From Polyangiaceae bacterium (lineage in GTDB: Bacteria > Myxococcota_A > Polyangia > Polyangiales > Polyangiaceae): a DNA stretch of 64,000 nucleotides. The notes beneath the pieces were generated by a model. It made no database searches and was not told where the DNA came from. It was given only the letters and a program-made list of their open reading frames with translations. How positions within the stretch are numbered: position 1 is the stretch's first letter; each line of letters opens with the position of its first letter. Both the position numbers and the translations under genes were made by a program. This document shows positions 1 to 8,937 of this stretch, piece by piece. The stretch is from the NCBI GenBank assembly GCA_965222375.1, contig CBDCTZ010000016.1, forward strand, positions 256,001 through 320,000, read 5' to 3'.

Positions 1-80
1 GCGGCGCTCAATCCGGTGAGAGCGGCCTCGTGGACGCTCTGGCACGGGCAGGGCTGATGCCCTCGGAGAAGAATGGCTAA
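1..80 (+). CDS. 3' end of upstream gene, probably riboflavin synthase (partial)
   Basis: Frame from nt 3 reads [25 protein letters not shown] and overlaps the ribB ATG; identity inferred only from position in the rib operon. Confidence 0.35.
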   Translation, partial: GAQSGESGLVDALARAGLMPSEKNG

Positions 81-1263
81 CGCACCCAGCATCCCGCCAC
101 CGCAGCTAGACATCGATCCGGAGCACCTGGAACGGGTGCGCCGCGCCATTGACGCCATTCGCGTGGGCAAGATGGTGGTGCTGGTCGACGACGAGGATCG
201 CGAGAACGAAGGGGACCTGACCATGGCGGCTGCCAAGGTCACACCCGAAGCCATCAACTTCATGGCCAAGTGGGGTCGCGGGCTGATTTGCCTGACCTTG
301 ACCGAGTCGCAGGTGCAGCGCTTGGAGCTGCCGATGATGCAGGCGCCAGGCCGCGATGGTCCGCCGCTGGGGACCGCTTTCACCGTCAGCGTGGAAGCAC
401 GAGAAGGGGTTACCACGGGCATCAGCGCCGCGGACCGGGCACACACCATTCAGGTGGCCATCGCCACGGACGTCACGCCGAGTGAGCTGGTGACGCCAGG
501 ACACGTGTTTCCGTTGCGGGCTCGGCGGGGCGGGGTGCTCGTGCGAGCGGGGCAGACGGAGGGATCGGTGGATTTGGCGCGCCTGGCTGGGCTCAAGCCC
601 GCGGGTGTCATCTGCGAGATCATGAACGACGACGGCACGATGGCGCGAATGCCAGACCTCGAGAAGTTCTCGGCCGAGCACAAACTCGAAATCGTGACCA
701 TCGCGGATTTGATCCGATACCGGCTACAGACCGAAAAGCTGATCGAGCGGCTCTTCGAATCGGAAATCGAGCTCGACCAAACAGGCACGACTTGGCGCGC
801 GATTGTCTATGGAGCTCCGGTGGACGACCGGCAGATCTTGGTGTTGGTGCGCGGCGACGTCTCGCGGGATCGTTCGATCTTGTGTCGAATGCACGCAGGC
901 TCGACCCTGGCGGACACGTTCACTTCAACTGTTAGTGAAGGTCGCCGCAATCTGGAAGAAGCCATTGGGCACATCGAGGCTGAAGGTTGTGGCGTCGTGG
1001 TGTATCTGCCACCTGGCGGTGACGTGCGTGGTGAGCTGCAGGCCCTCTCGGTGAAGCTCAAGAGCTCTCCAGTTGCCGCGCCGCCCCCAGGAGAGCGCGC
1101 TCATGGCGGCACGCTTCGCGAATATGGATTGGGTGCTCAAGTGCTCAGGGAATTGGGCGTGCGTCGGCTGCGGCTTCTCACCAACAACCCGAGAAAAATT
1201 GCCGGAATCCACGGTTACGGCCTGGAAGTGACCGAGAGCGTGGCCCTCGGGCAACAGAGCTGA
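73..1263 (+). CDS. ribB: 3,4-dihydroxy-2-butanone-4-phosphate synthase fused to a degenerate GTP cyclohydrolase II-like domain (RibBX type)
   Basis: [46 protein letters not shown] motifs; C-domain keeps LREYGLGAQ and LLTNNPRK but lacks the Zn-binding Cys residues. Confidence 0.93.
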   Translation: MANAPSIPPPQLDIDPEHLERVRRAIDAIRVGKMVVLVDDEDRENEGDLTMAAAKVTPEAINFMAKWGRGLICLTLTESQVQRLELPMMQAPGRDGPPLGTAFTVSVEAREGVTTGISAADRAHTIQVAIATDVTPSELVTPGHVFPLRARRGGVLVRAGQTEGSVDLARLAGLKPAGVICEIMNDDGTMARMPDLEKFSAEHKLEIVTIADLIRYRLQTEKLIERLFESEIELDQTGTTWRAIVYGAPVDDRQILVLVRGDVSRDRSILCRMHAGSTLADTFTSTVSEGRRNLEEAIGHIEAEGCGVVVYLPPGGDVRGELQALSVKLKSSPVAAPPPGERAHGGTLREYGLGAQVLRELGVRRLRLLTNNPRKIAGIHGYGLEVTESVALGQQS

Positions 1264-1318
1264 CCCCAGGCGCAGCGCTGGTCTTCGCGCTTTCGAGCGG
1301 GTAGATCAGCGCGCAGCC

Positions 1319-1810
1319 ATGTCTAGTGATAGCCCCAAAGTCATTGAAGGCGTACTGACTGCTCCAAAGGGCGCACGCATCGCCATCGCGGCGGCGCGCT
1401 TCAACGACTTCATCGTTGCTCCGCTGCTCGCAGGCGCCTTGGACGCGCTACGTCGTCACGGAGTTGGGAATGACGGCGTGACCATCGTGAGGGTGCCCGG
1501 CGCTTGGGAGCTGCCCCAAGTATGCGTGCGCCTAGCCGGTAGCGGGAAGTTCGACGCGGTGATTGCCCTCGGGGCGGTCATTCGAGGCGGGACACCGCAC
1601 TTCGACTACGTGGCGTCCCAGGCAGCCAAGGGAGTCGCACAGGCGGGGAGTGCTGGGGTTCCGGTCATTTTTGGTGTGCTCACGACTGACAGTATCGAGC
1701 AGGCCATCGAACGTGCGGGTACCAAGGCCGGCAACAAGGGGTTCGACGCGGCGGTGAGCGCTCTCGAAATGGTCAACTTAGGTCGCGCGCTCTCTGAAGC
1801 GGGGCTGTAG
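1319..1810 (+). CDS. ribH: 6,7-dimethyl-8-ribityllumazine synthase
   Basis: [41 protein letters not shown]. Confidence 0.97.
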   Translation: MSSDSPKVIEGVLTAPKGARIAIAAARFNDFIVAPLLAGALDALRRHGVGNDGVTIVRVPGAWELPQVCVRLAGSGKFDAVIALGAVIRGGTPHFDYVASQAAKGVAQAGSAGVPVIFGVLTTDSIEQAIERAGTKAGNKGFDAAVSALEMVNLGRALSEAGL

Positions 1811-1815
1811 CGACG

Positions 1816-2241
1816 ATGGGTTCCCGGTCGATGGCGCGTGAGGCGGCGCTTCAGATGCTATACGCGCGGGAAGCCACTACCGCCACTGGAGAACAAGTCA
1901 TCTACGACTACTGGCGCGAGATGCCCGGCGACGCGGAAGGCCGTGCGTACGCGGATCAGCTCGTGCTTGGCGTCGAAAAGGAAGTGGACGTGCTGGACCA
2001 GCGCATTGCGGGTGCCAGCACCAACTGGCGCATCGAGCGCATGACTCGGGTCGATCGCAACTTGCTACGCTTGGGCGCGTGGGAGTTGACCCACGAGCTG
2101 GATGTTCCCCGCGCTGTCATCATCGACGAGGTCGTGGAGATGGCGAAACGTTTCAGTACCGAGGAGAGCAGCGCTTTCGTCAACGGCGTGCTCGATCGCA
2201 TTGCTGAAGATGCGGGGCGAACCGACGACTCCGGCTCCTGA
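1816..2241 (+). CDS. nusB: transcription antitermination factor NusB
   Basis: AREAALQMLY, W..ERM..VDRNLLRL, VIIDE.VE.AKRF, FVNGVLD; canonical ribH-nusB order. Confidence 0.96.
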   Translation: MGSRSMAREAALQMLYAREATTATGEQVIYDYWREMPGDAEGRAYADQLVLGVEKEVDVLDQRIAGASTNWRIERMTRVDRNLLRLGAWELTHELDVPRAVIIDEVVEMAKRFSTEESSAFVNGVLDRIAEDAGRTDDSGS

Positions 2242-2247
2242 GGTGAC

Positions 2248-2766
2248 ATGGATCTGCGCTTCATCGTCCCGAGTCTGCGCAAGCTCGATCTGGCCGGGAG
2301 TGAAGTCCTTGCGGCGAGTATCTTCGAAAGCGAGCGTCCACCCCATGGCGTTGCCGGGCTAGTCGATTTCCGACTTGCGGGTCGGGTGTCCAACTTGATG
2401 ATTCGTAGGTATCTGACTGGCAAGTTGGGCGAGGTGGCACTCCTGCCCGGAAAACCTCGGCTCAGCTTCGACAAGGTGCTGCTATTTGGTGCAGGCCCTT
2501 TGGAGGAGTTGAACGATCGCGTATTTGGCTTGGTGATCGAGCGGATGCTCGAAACGCTGTCCGGGCTGCGGGCTCGCAGTGCAGTTGTCGAGCTACCCGG
2601 CCGTCACGCCGACGCCATCGAACCCGACCGCGCGGCGGATCTGCTCCTGGAGCGCGCCGCCTCTCGGCCCGAGCACGACCTTTGGACTCTAGTGGAGCCC
2701 GCCGACGCTCAGCGCATCATCAACCAGCGCATGATCCAAGAGCGACGCCGGGTGCGCACGCTCTGA
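2248..2766 (+). CDS. stand-alone M17 leucyl aminopeptidase N-terminal-like domain protein
   Basis: ERPPHGVAGLVDFRLAGRVS...GKLGE..L...KVLLFGAG pattern; no catalytic domain. Confidence 0.6.
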   Translation: MDLRFIVPSLRKLDLAGSEVLAASIFESERPPHGVAGLVDFRLAGRVSNLMIRRYLTGKLGEVALLPGKPRLSFDKVLLFGAGPLEELNDRVFGLVIERMLETLSGLRARSAVVELPGRHADAIEPDRAADLLLERAASRPEHDLWTLVEPADAQRIINQRMIQERRRVRTL

Positions 2767-2770
2767 GTCG

Positions 2771-3409
2771 TTACTTCGGGATTCGTATGCCGCTCAGGAC
2801 GAGCTGCTTGCTCGGCATGCGATCGTATTCCAACACCATGCCCTCGTACTCGTGCTGCTCCACGGTTCCGGGATGAGCCCCCGCATCCCCTTGCACGACG
2901 CGTTGGGGCTTGCCCAAAGCCGTTCCTACCGCCTGCGGCAACATCCCGAATTGAAGATCTGGCGGGATGGCGCCGTTGAAGATTCCGAATTGCCCACTCT
3001 TGACCCGGCGCCCGACGCGATGCAGGTGAATGCGTTCGAGACGGTTCTCGCTGTTCAAGAAGAACTCGGCGCCACGCTCCAGGTATCGGCACACACCCGG
3101 AGCGCGCTCTCCGCACTTGGCTTTCATGTGTCGCTCTACGGTTGTGACCTTGGCGCGCAGCCGGATCGGGCCGATGCCTTGACCCGCCAAAACCGCGAAT
3201 TGCGGCCCGGTTGGTTTTGGCCAGCGGGAGCCCAGCGGGGCGGGCAATCCCTGTCCTTCTGGTGCGCTTGCGATGGTTTTGGCGGGGGCGCCGGTCGCAG
3301 CCGCACCTGGGGTCGGTTGCGCCTTTTCGCTGTCGCAGCCCGCGTAAAATGCGGCCAGGACGAAAACGGCAGCTTTCGATCGGGCCCTAGGGCGCTTAGA
3401 TGAACTCAC
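2771..3409 (-). CDS. hypothetical lipoprotein
   Basis: Basic N-terminus, hydrophobic stretch, YAG-C lipobox, Pro/Ala linker. Confidence 0.6.
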   Translation of the reverse strand: MSSSKRPRARSKAAVFVLAAFYAGCDSEKAQPTPGAAATGAPAKTIASAPEGQGLPAPLGSRWPKPTGPQFAVLAGQGIGPIRLRAKVTTVERHMKAKCGERAPGVCRYLERGAEFFLNSENRLERIHLHRVGRRVKSGQFGIFNGAIPPDLQFGMLPQAVGTALGKPQRVVQGDAGAHPGTVEQHEYEGMVLEYDRMPSKQLVLSGIRIPK

Positions 3410-3463
3410 GGTCCGTGGTAGTAACGCCGGCTTGGCGCTGGCGCAAAGCGGCTTTTGTCCCTG

Positions 3464-4381
3464 ATGACCCCTTTAGAAGAGCGACGCTTCCTATTCATTA
3501 CCGGAAAAGGCGGCGTGGGCAAGACCACGGTGACCGCCGCTTTGGCGTTCCGGCTCGCGCACGAGGGCAAACGCGTCTTGATCACCGTGTCTGACGCCAA
3601 AGAGCGGATCAGCACACTCTTCGGCGCGGAGCCCATGACGCCGCAGGTGCAACCCCTGGCAGATCGCATCTGGGGCGTGAAGCTCACACCGGATGTGGCT
3701 CTGCGCGAGTACGGCAGCATGATCTTGAAGAGCCCAAAGGTTTATGGGGCGGTTTTTGACAACAACTATGTGCGTAGCTTCTTCGCGGGCGTGCCAGGGT
3801 TGTTCGAATGGGCCATGCTTGGCAAAGCCTGGTACCACTCCATCGAGACCGAGGAAGACGGCGAACAGCGCTTCGATGTCGTACTCTTTGATGCGCCCGC
3901 AACCGGCCACGGCTTGGACATGTTGCGGGTGCCGAAGATCATCGTCGAGGTCGTGCCGCCCGGCGTGCTGCGCCGGGACGCGGAGCGTGCCTGGGCTATG
4001 TTCCAGGACGAAGCTCAGACCGGCGTGCTTGTCGTGACCCTACCCGAGGAAATGCCAACGAATGAGACCTTGGAGCTGTTGGACGCCCTCGACAGCGAGC
4101 TTCGCTTGCCTGTGGCGCGGGTCGTCATCAATGGTGTGATCCCGAAGCTGTTCGAGGACGCGGAGCGACACGAACTGCTGAAGGACCGGGACCTGAATCG
4201 AGAGTTGCCCGGCAGCGCCGCCTTGGTCTGCGGGATCCGCCGTGCCATCCGGGAGCGAGTCCAAGAGGAAGCTCTGGGCCGTCTTCGAGCCATTCAGCAC
4301 GCCCAGGTGGAGCTCCCATGGCTGGATGGGGATGCCAACACCCCATCGGCCATACAGAACCTCTCTGAGTTGATAACTTAG
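3464..4381 (+). CDS. ArsA/GET3-family ATPase
   Basis: Deviant Walker A GKGGVGKTT, DAPATGH switch II, VTLPEEMP; start set at ATG 3464. Confidence 0.88.
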   Translation: MTPLEERRFLFITGKGGVGKTTVTAALAFRLAHEGKRVLITVSDAKERISTLFGAEPMTPQVQPLADRIWGVKLTPDVALREYGSMILKSPKVYGAVFDNNYVRSFFAGVPGLFEWAMLGKAWYHSIETEEDGEQRFDVVLFDAPATGHGLDMLRVPKIIVEVVPPGVLRRDAERAWAMFQDEAQTGVLVVTLPEEMPTNETLELLDALDSELRLPVARVVINGVIPKLFEDAERHELLKDRDLNRELPGSAALVCGIRRAIRERVQEEALGRLRAIQHAQVELPWLDGDANTPSAIQNLSELIT

Positions 4382-4461
4382 CGTAACTAAAGCACATTTT
4401 ACATCAAAGCTATCGCTGCACGCCCCAAGGCGGAGAGCACGGTATCTTATCTGTCGCCACC

Positions 4462-5991
4462 ATGCCCAGAAAACCCGAGCCCGGACGCGAGCTGCTCGGC
4501 CGGTATCGGCTGGAGGTGTGCCTCGACGAAGGTGGAATGGGGCAGATCTGGCGTGCGGAGCATCTGGTGCTGGGCGCGCCGGTCGCGGTCAAGATCGTCG
4601 ATCGGGACGTGAGCCGGGACGAGGAAGCTCTCGCGCGCTTCAACCTGGAAGCCCAATCGGCTGCGCAGCTGCGCAGTCCCCACGTCGTACAGATCTTCGA
4701 TTACGGAATCGACGGCGGTCTTCCGTTCATCGTGATGGAGCTGCTTGAAGGCGAAACCCTCGCCAAGCGGCTCAAGCGGCGCAAGCGCTTGAGCCCGGAG
4801 GAGACGGCGCGGGTGATAACCCACGTGGCGCGAGCCGTTTCTCGCGCCCACGAAGCCAAGATCGTGCATCGGGACTTGAAGCCCGAGAATGTCTTCCTCG
4901 TGCACAACGAGGAAGAAGACGTTGCCAAGGTGCTCGATTTCGGAGTCGTGAAGGTGTCGGAGGCTACCTTGGGCCCGAAGGGGGAGCGCACCCGCACGGG
5001 TTCGCTTCTGGGTACGCCATTCTACATGAGCCCGGAGCAGGCCCAGGGCAACAAGACCGTGGATTTCCGGACGGACCTTTGGGCTCTCGGCGTCATGGCC
5101 TTCGAGTGCCTCACCGGCAAGCGTCCCTTCGAGAGCGAAGGCCTAGGCGATCTGGTGCTCTCGATCTGTGTCCGGCCGCTGCCTGTGCCCTCGGAATACG
5201 GTCCCGTGCCAGCAGGCTTTGACGAGTGGTTCAAGAAGGCCACAGAACGAGAGCCCAGAGATCGCTTTCAGAGCGCTCGCCAGCTTGCCGTCTCTTTGCG
5301 CAAAGTCCTGTCCGACGAGTCCCGGGAAGTGCAGGTTACGATCCCCGACTCCGATGATGAGTGGGGTGCGGAACCGGAACGACAGACGGCCGCAGGGGTG
5401 GGCCCGACGAGTGGAGCCACCGCGGCAGAGACCGAACCAGGTCAGACCGCACCCGCCACAGGCGAGGCTACCACTGTCGAGGCGTCTGCCGAAGATTTGG
5501 AACGGCTGAAAGGCAAGGCGTCCGAGTCAGAGCCCGCCGTCCCACCGGACATCGCGGTGTCGGGGGACACGATGGCGTCCGTCATTCCCGTTCGGCGCGG
5601 CCCTAAACCTTGGGTCATCGCTACCGTCGCCGCGGGCGCACTCGCCGTGGGTGGAACCACGGGGATCGTCATGATGCAGAGCGAAATGGCCGAACCGGAC
5701 CCGACGGATACGCCGGTGGCACGCCCCGCCTTGACCCCCGAGGCGGTCGTCACACCCGCCAATCCCACCGGCCCAATTACGTCCAACCCTACGGCGGTCA
5801 AAGAGGATGCGAGCAGCGCAGACCCTGAATCTTCAGCGGCCGAGGAGCCGGATGCAGCGCCTGTGCGAGATGCCGCCAGCGACGGGCTAAGCCCGGCCGC
5901 GCAGCGAGCCGCAGCGATCATGAAAGGGCTGGAGGAGCGCGATGCGACCGCCGCTCCCGCTCCAACGCCCAGCGCTTCTCACGGCAACTAG
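4462..5991 (+). CDS. Ser/Thr protein kinase with one TM helix and extracytoplasmic low-complexity tail
   Basis: GGMG, VAVK, HRDLKPEN, DFG, GTPFYMSPEQ; TM near residues 385-404. Confidence 0.95.
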   Translation: MPRKPEPGRELLGRYRLEVCLDEGGMGQIWRAEHLVLGAPVAVKIVDRDVSRDEEALARFNLEAQSAAQLRSPHVVQIFDYGIDGGLPFIVMELLEGETLAKRLKRRKRLSPEETARVITHVARAVSRAHEAKIVHRDLKPENVFLVHNEEEDVAKVLDFGVVKVSEATLGPKGERTRTGSLLGTPFYMSPEQAQGNKTVDFRTDLWALGVMAFECLTGKRPFESEGLGDLVLSICVRPLPVPSEYGPVPAGFDEWFKKATEREPRDRFQSARQLAVSLRKVLSDESREVQVTIPDSDDEWGAEPERQTAAGVGPTSGATAAETEPGQTAPATGEATTVEASAEDLERLKGKASESEPAVPPDIAVSGDTMASVIPVRRGPKPWVIATVAAGALAVGGTTGIVMMQSEMAEPDPTDTPVARPALTPEAVVTPANPTGPITSNPTAVKEDASSADPESSAAEEPDAAPVRDAASDGLSPAAQRAAAIMKGLEERDATAAPAPTPSASHGN

Positions 5992-6371
5992 CCGGTGCGG
6001 CGTGCCGTGACGTACTCGGCGGCAAGGCGCGCCAGGTTCTCGCCGTTCAGCACGCGACTAGATAGCACGACCCCTTCACCATCGCTGACGAACACTCTCA
6101 GCGTTTCGCCCTGGTTCTGGCCAATCACGAGGAACGGCGTGTCGTTGCCTGCTTGCCGAACACGAGCCAAGCTCTGCAGGCTGCTCTCGCGCCCCAGCTG
6201 CGCACTGGCCAATACGAGTTGAAACGGCCCCCGATTGAGCAAAGCGTCGACCAACTCGGCTCCTGGAGTCAGCGCCACCTGCTCCGCATCCGTATCGGCG
6301 AGGGCCTCGCGAACACGTTCCAACAAGGGAGCGTCAGAGATGGCGAGTAGGATTCTGGCGCGAGGGGACAT
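5988..6371 (-). CDS. single-domain pseudo-receiver (CheY-like) protein
   Basis: RILLA...FQLVLAS...DTPFLVI receiver beta/alpha pattern; acidic pocket, phospho-Asp and Lys absent. Confidence 0.6.
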   Translation of the reverse strand: MSPRARILLAISDAPLLERVREALADTDAEQVALTPGAELVDALLNRGPFQLVLASAQLGRESSLQSLARVRQAGNDTPFLVIGQNQGETLRVFVSDGEGVVLSSRVLNGENLARLAAEYVTARRTG

Positions 6372-6388
6372 GGCTGTTTTCGGTGTTG

Positions 6389-6465
6389 TGAGCGCCCCGT
6401 CGGGGGGTGGTTCGAACCCCCCGCTTCGGGATTAAGCAGATCCCGTGCCTCCGCGTTTGGGCGCC
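6389..6465 (-). ncRNA. tRNA-like structured element (pseudo-tRNA or cis-regulatory leader)
   Basis: GGCGCCC/GGGCGCT closing stem, CGGGAT-CTGCTTA-ATCCCG arm, GGTTCGAAC T-loop-like motif, 77 nt; D arm poor. Confidence 0.45.
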
Positions 6466-6595
6466 TAACTGCCTGAGATCAGGTGAGCGTCGACCGGTAT
6501 CGGCCTGCGATCTTGCAACACTGAAAGCCCAGATCTGAAAGATCGCCGCCTGCGGCCCGCGGCCCCGAAGGCCGTGGCCTGCGACATTGGAGTCG

Positions 6596-6733
6596 CTACT
6601 TCGCGCTCGGGTCGGCGACGCGCCTCATGAATAGAATCGTTCCGGAAGCGACGTCGCGCCTCATGAATAGAAACGGATGGTCTGCCTGGAACGCGAAGGG
6701 AGGTGCGGGAGGTGCCCCCGCGCCGCGGGGCAT
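6596..6733 (-). pseudogene. serpin C-terminal remnant
   Basis: FQADHPFLFMRRDVASGTILFMRRVADP matches the serpin C-terminal signature; no N-terminal serpin body upstream. Confidence 0.75.
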
Positions 6734-6770
6734 GACGGGCAGGCAAATCCGTGCGGTTCTTTGCTGACCC

Positions 6771-7553
6771 TCAGTTTGGGAAGAAGCCCAGTAAGGCGTT
6801 CGCGATGGTCTTGTTGCGCACTTCGTAGCCCGCGCTGGTGTGGTGCAATCCGTCCGAATAGGGGGCGACTCCCGTGCTGGCAGTCGTGGCCCAATCGAAG
6901 ATGCGCAGATTGGTCCAGCGGGACTGGGCCTCTTTGAGCGCCTCGTTCCAAAGTTCCATGTTGGCACTGGACCAGTAGCCGCTCGTCTTGGTCGAGTGGG
7001 TATTGACCCACATGACTCGTGCCGAGGCGGTCGGGTCGATGGCCTTCATCATCTCGTCAATGGACTTGCCCCGAGTGTGGTTGGCGCCTGCGGCGACGTT
7101 GGCGGTGTCGTTGGTGCCCAGCGCCACCACCCAGCAGCCGCTGAAGCCAGTGCCGCGGATCGACGCGGCGGCTTGCCTACCGGTCTCGGGGTCTTCCGGC
7201 AGCCGCTCGAGGATGGCGCGCCCGCCGTAGGCGTTGATCTGCACGCTGAGGCCTTCGGCCTGATAGGCGGCCGTCAGTGAGGGTTTCGTGTAGGCGGTCA
7301 GGCTGTCGCCGATGTGGGCGACGGAGCCGCAGGGGTTGCTCGTCTTGGAGTCACCCCCGATGGCGTCTTTCTGTAACGACCCGTCCGGGGTCGAGCCAGC
7401 GTCCGCCCAAGCGTCGGTCTTCACGACGTCAACGTCTTTGGTGCTGGCTGCGTCTGCCCGCCCAGCGGGACTAGCTGCGTCCTTCTTGCTGCAGGAGACC
7501 GGCAGCGCCGCGGCGCCAATCCAAAGAAAAACGACGTAGGCGGAGCGTGTCAC
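6771..7553 (-). CDS. SGNH/GDSL hydrolase-family lipoprotein
   Basis: IGDSLT, ALGTND, DGLH blocks; PVS-C lipobox. Confidence 0.8.
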   Translation of the reverse strand: MTRSAYVVFLWIGAAALPVSCSKKDAASPAGRADAASTKDVDVVKTDAWADAGSTPDGSLQKDAIGGDSKTSNPCGSVAHIGDSLTAYTKPSLTAAYQAEGLSVQINAYGGRAILERLPEDPETGRQAAASIRGTGFSGCWVVALGTNDTANVAAGANHTRGKSIDEMMKAIDPTASARVMWVNTHSTKTSGYWSSANMELWNEALKEAQSRWTNLRIFDWATTASTGVAPYSDGLHHTSAGYEVRNKTIANALLGFFPN

Positions 7554-7564
7554 TGAGGTGTGGC

Positions 7565-8845
7565 CTAGCGGGCCACGCGGAAGATGCCGCCTGTCGTCCG
7601 ATAGTAGACATGGGTCGCATCGGGTCGAAGTTTGCTAGGTCCTGGACCAAGATCGGAACTCAGGGTGCGCACGTTCTTGCCGTTGCGATCCGCGGCGCGC
7701 AGCACCTTCACGCTGTTGGCTGTTTCGATCCAGAACATGGCGTTGTTGGTCACGACCAAGTCCTTCTGACTCGCGCTCGGGATGGAGAGCAGCGTGCTTG
7801 CACCGGAGCCAGCAAAAGTACCGCGCCGCACTTGCCAGTTCGAGCCGGAGACGGTGGTCCAAATCAGGTCGCTCCCTTCGACCTGCAGCTCTAGAGGCGA
7901 CTTCTCGCCGCCAAAGATAATCGTTGGTGCGGTCACGGTCGGCGCAGTCGTGGCCTTGCGTCGAATCCCGGCTGTCGCCGACTTGGTCCAGAAGACGTCG
8001 CTGCCGGTCGCCGCGAGTCCCGAAATGGTTTTGTCGTCGAAGAAGACGGACCCTTCACCGCCGCCCGCCTTGTTGACCTTGCGGATGTCGTATCCAACCG
8101 GGGAAAGGGAGAAGTGCGACAAGAAAAGCTGCGAATTGTTCTGAGCGAACCTGCTCGGTCGATATTTGGTCAAAGGCGTGGTTGCACCGCCGGTTTTGGC
8201 CATGCTGCGCACGTAGATGGCGCCTCCCCAGTAGACCTTGTTCGACACGAAAATGTGGGAGGGGCTGTTCTGGCTCGACGCGAGGGTGGAAGCGGAGCCG
8301 CCCGCTTTCATCACGCGCTTGACGAAACTGCTGCCCGCCGGATTCCCGGTTTGAGTGAAGTAGACGTGGCTCGTGTCGATATCTAGGTTGGTCACCTTGT
8401 CCGCGAGGACCACGGTCGAGGGCGCGCAGCCTCCCGCGGAGCATGTCGTGTTTTGACAGTCATGCCCGCAGAAGCCGCAGTTCTTGCCATCGTTCATCAG
8501 GTTCACGCACGTGCCTGAGCAATCCGTGAGTCCGGAGCCGCAGCCCCCCGCGCCCCCCGAGCCGGAGCTTCCCGACGAGCCCGCAGCGCCGCCGGAGCCC
8601 GCGCTGCCCCCAGTCGATCCGGCGCTGCCGCCGGAACCGGCGCTGCCGCCGGACCCGGCGCTGCCGCCGGACCCGGCGCTGCCACCCGTGGCGCCGCCTC
8701 CGGTGCCACCCCCCGCCGAACCACCAGCGCTGCCACCGGCTCCACCCGTATTTGAGAAACTGCGCTCGCTATCGCTGCCGCAAGCACTGAGGGCGGCGCA
8801 AGCGGCGATGCAGGCTAGGGCTTGGGCGGGGGACTTCCAACTCAT
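7565..8845 (-). CDS. lipoprotein: Gly-rich linker, Cys-rich module, YWTD-like (DUF5050-like) beta-propeller
   Basis: LSA-C lipobox; GGSAGS repeats; CSGTCVNLMNDGKNCGFCGHDC; repeated VYFT/VYWG/VFWT/LIWT/MFWI blades. Confidence 0.75.
   Translation of the reverse strand: MSWKSPAQALACIAACAALSACGSDSERSFSNTGGAGGSAGGSAGGGTGGGATGGSAGSGGSAGSGGSAGSGGSAGSTGGSAGSGGAAGSSGSSGSGGAGGCGSGLTDCSGTCVNLMNDGKNCGFCGHDCQNTTCSAGGCAPSTVVLADKVTNLDIDTSHVYFTQTGNPAGSSFVKRVMKAGGSASTLASSQNSPSHIFVSNKVYWGGAIYVRSMAKTGGATTPLTKYRPSRFAQNNSQLFLSHFSLSPVGYDIRKVNKAGGGEGSVFFDDKTISGLAATGSDVFWTKSATAGIRRKATTAPTVTAPTIIFGGEKSPLELQVEGSDLIWTTVSGSNWQVRRGTFAGSGASTLLSIPSASQKDLVVTNNAMFWIETANSVKVLRAADRNGKNVRTLSSDLGPGPSKLRPDATHVYYRTTGGIFRVAR
8619..8683. 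repeat. 18-nt tandem repeat (about 3.6 copies) encoding SGGSAG linker
   Basis: ccggcgctgccgccgga(a/c) at 8619, 8637, 8655, partial at 8673. Confidence 0.85.
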
Positions 8846-8937
8846 GAGACGGCGGCTCCTTGCAAGGCGAAGAACCAAGCCTACATCGTCGCGTCGCGCC
8901 GCGCGAGTCGCCGGTGTCTGGAATCGCTTCCGCCGGG

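Noticed and set aside
1..72. FMN riboswitch before ribB
   Set aside because: Region is coding sequence of the upstream gene; no RFN motifs.
6389..6465. tRNA-Sec (selC) or a functional tRNA-Ser(GCT)
   Set aside because: Anticodon position is GCT not TCA; no long variable arm, defective D arm, and T-arm/acceptor junction is non-canonical.
8560..8740. CRISPR-like or mobile repeat (also 34600-34850, 36170-36300)
   Set aside because: In-frame Gly/Ser/Ala linker codons inside lipoprotein genes.
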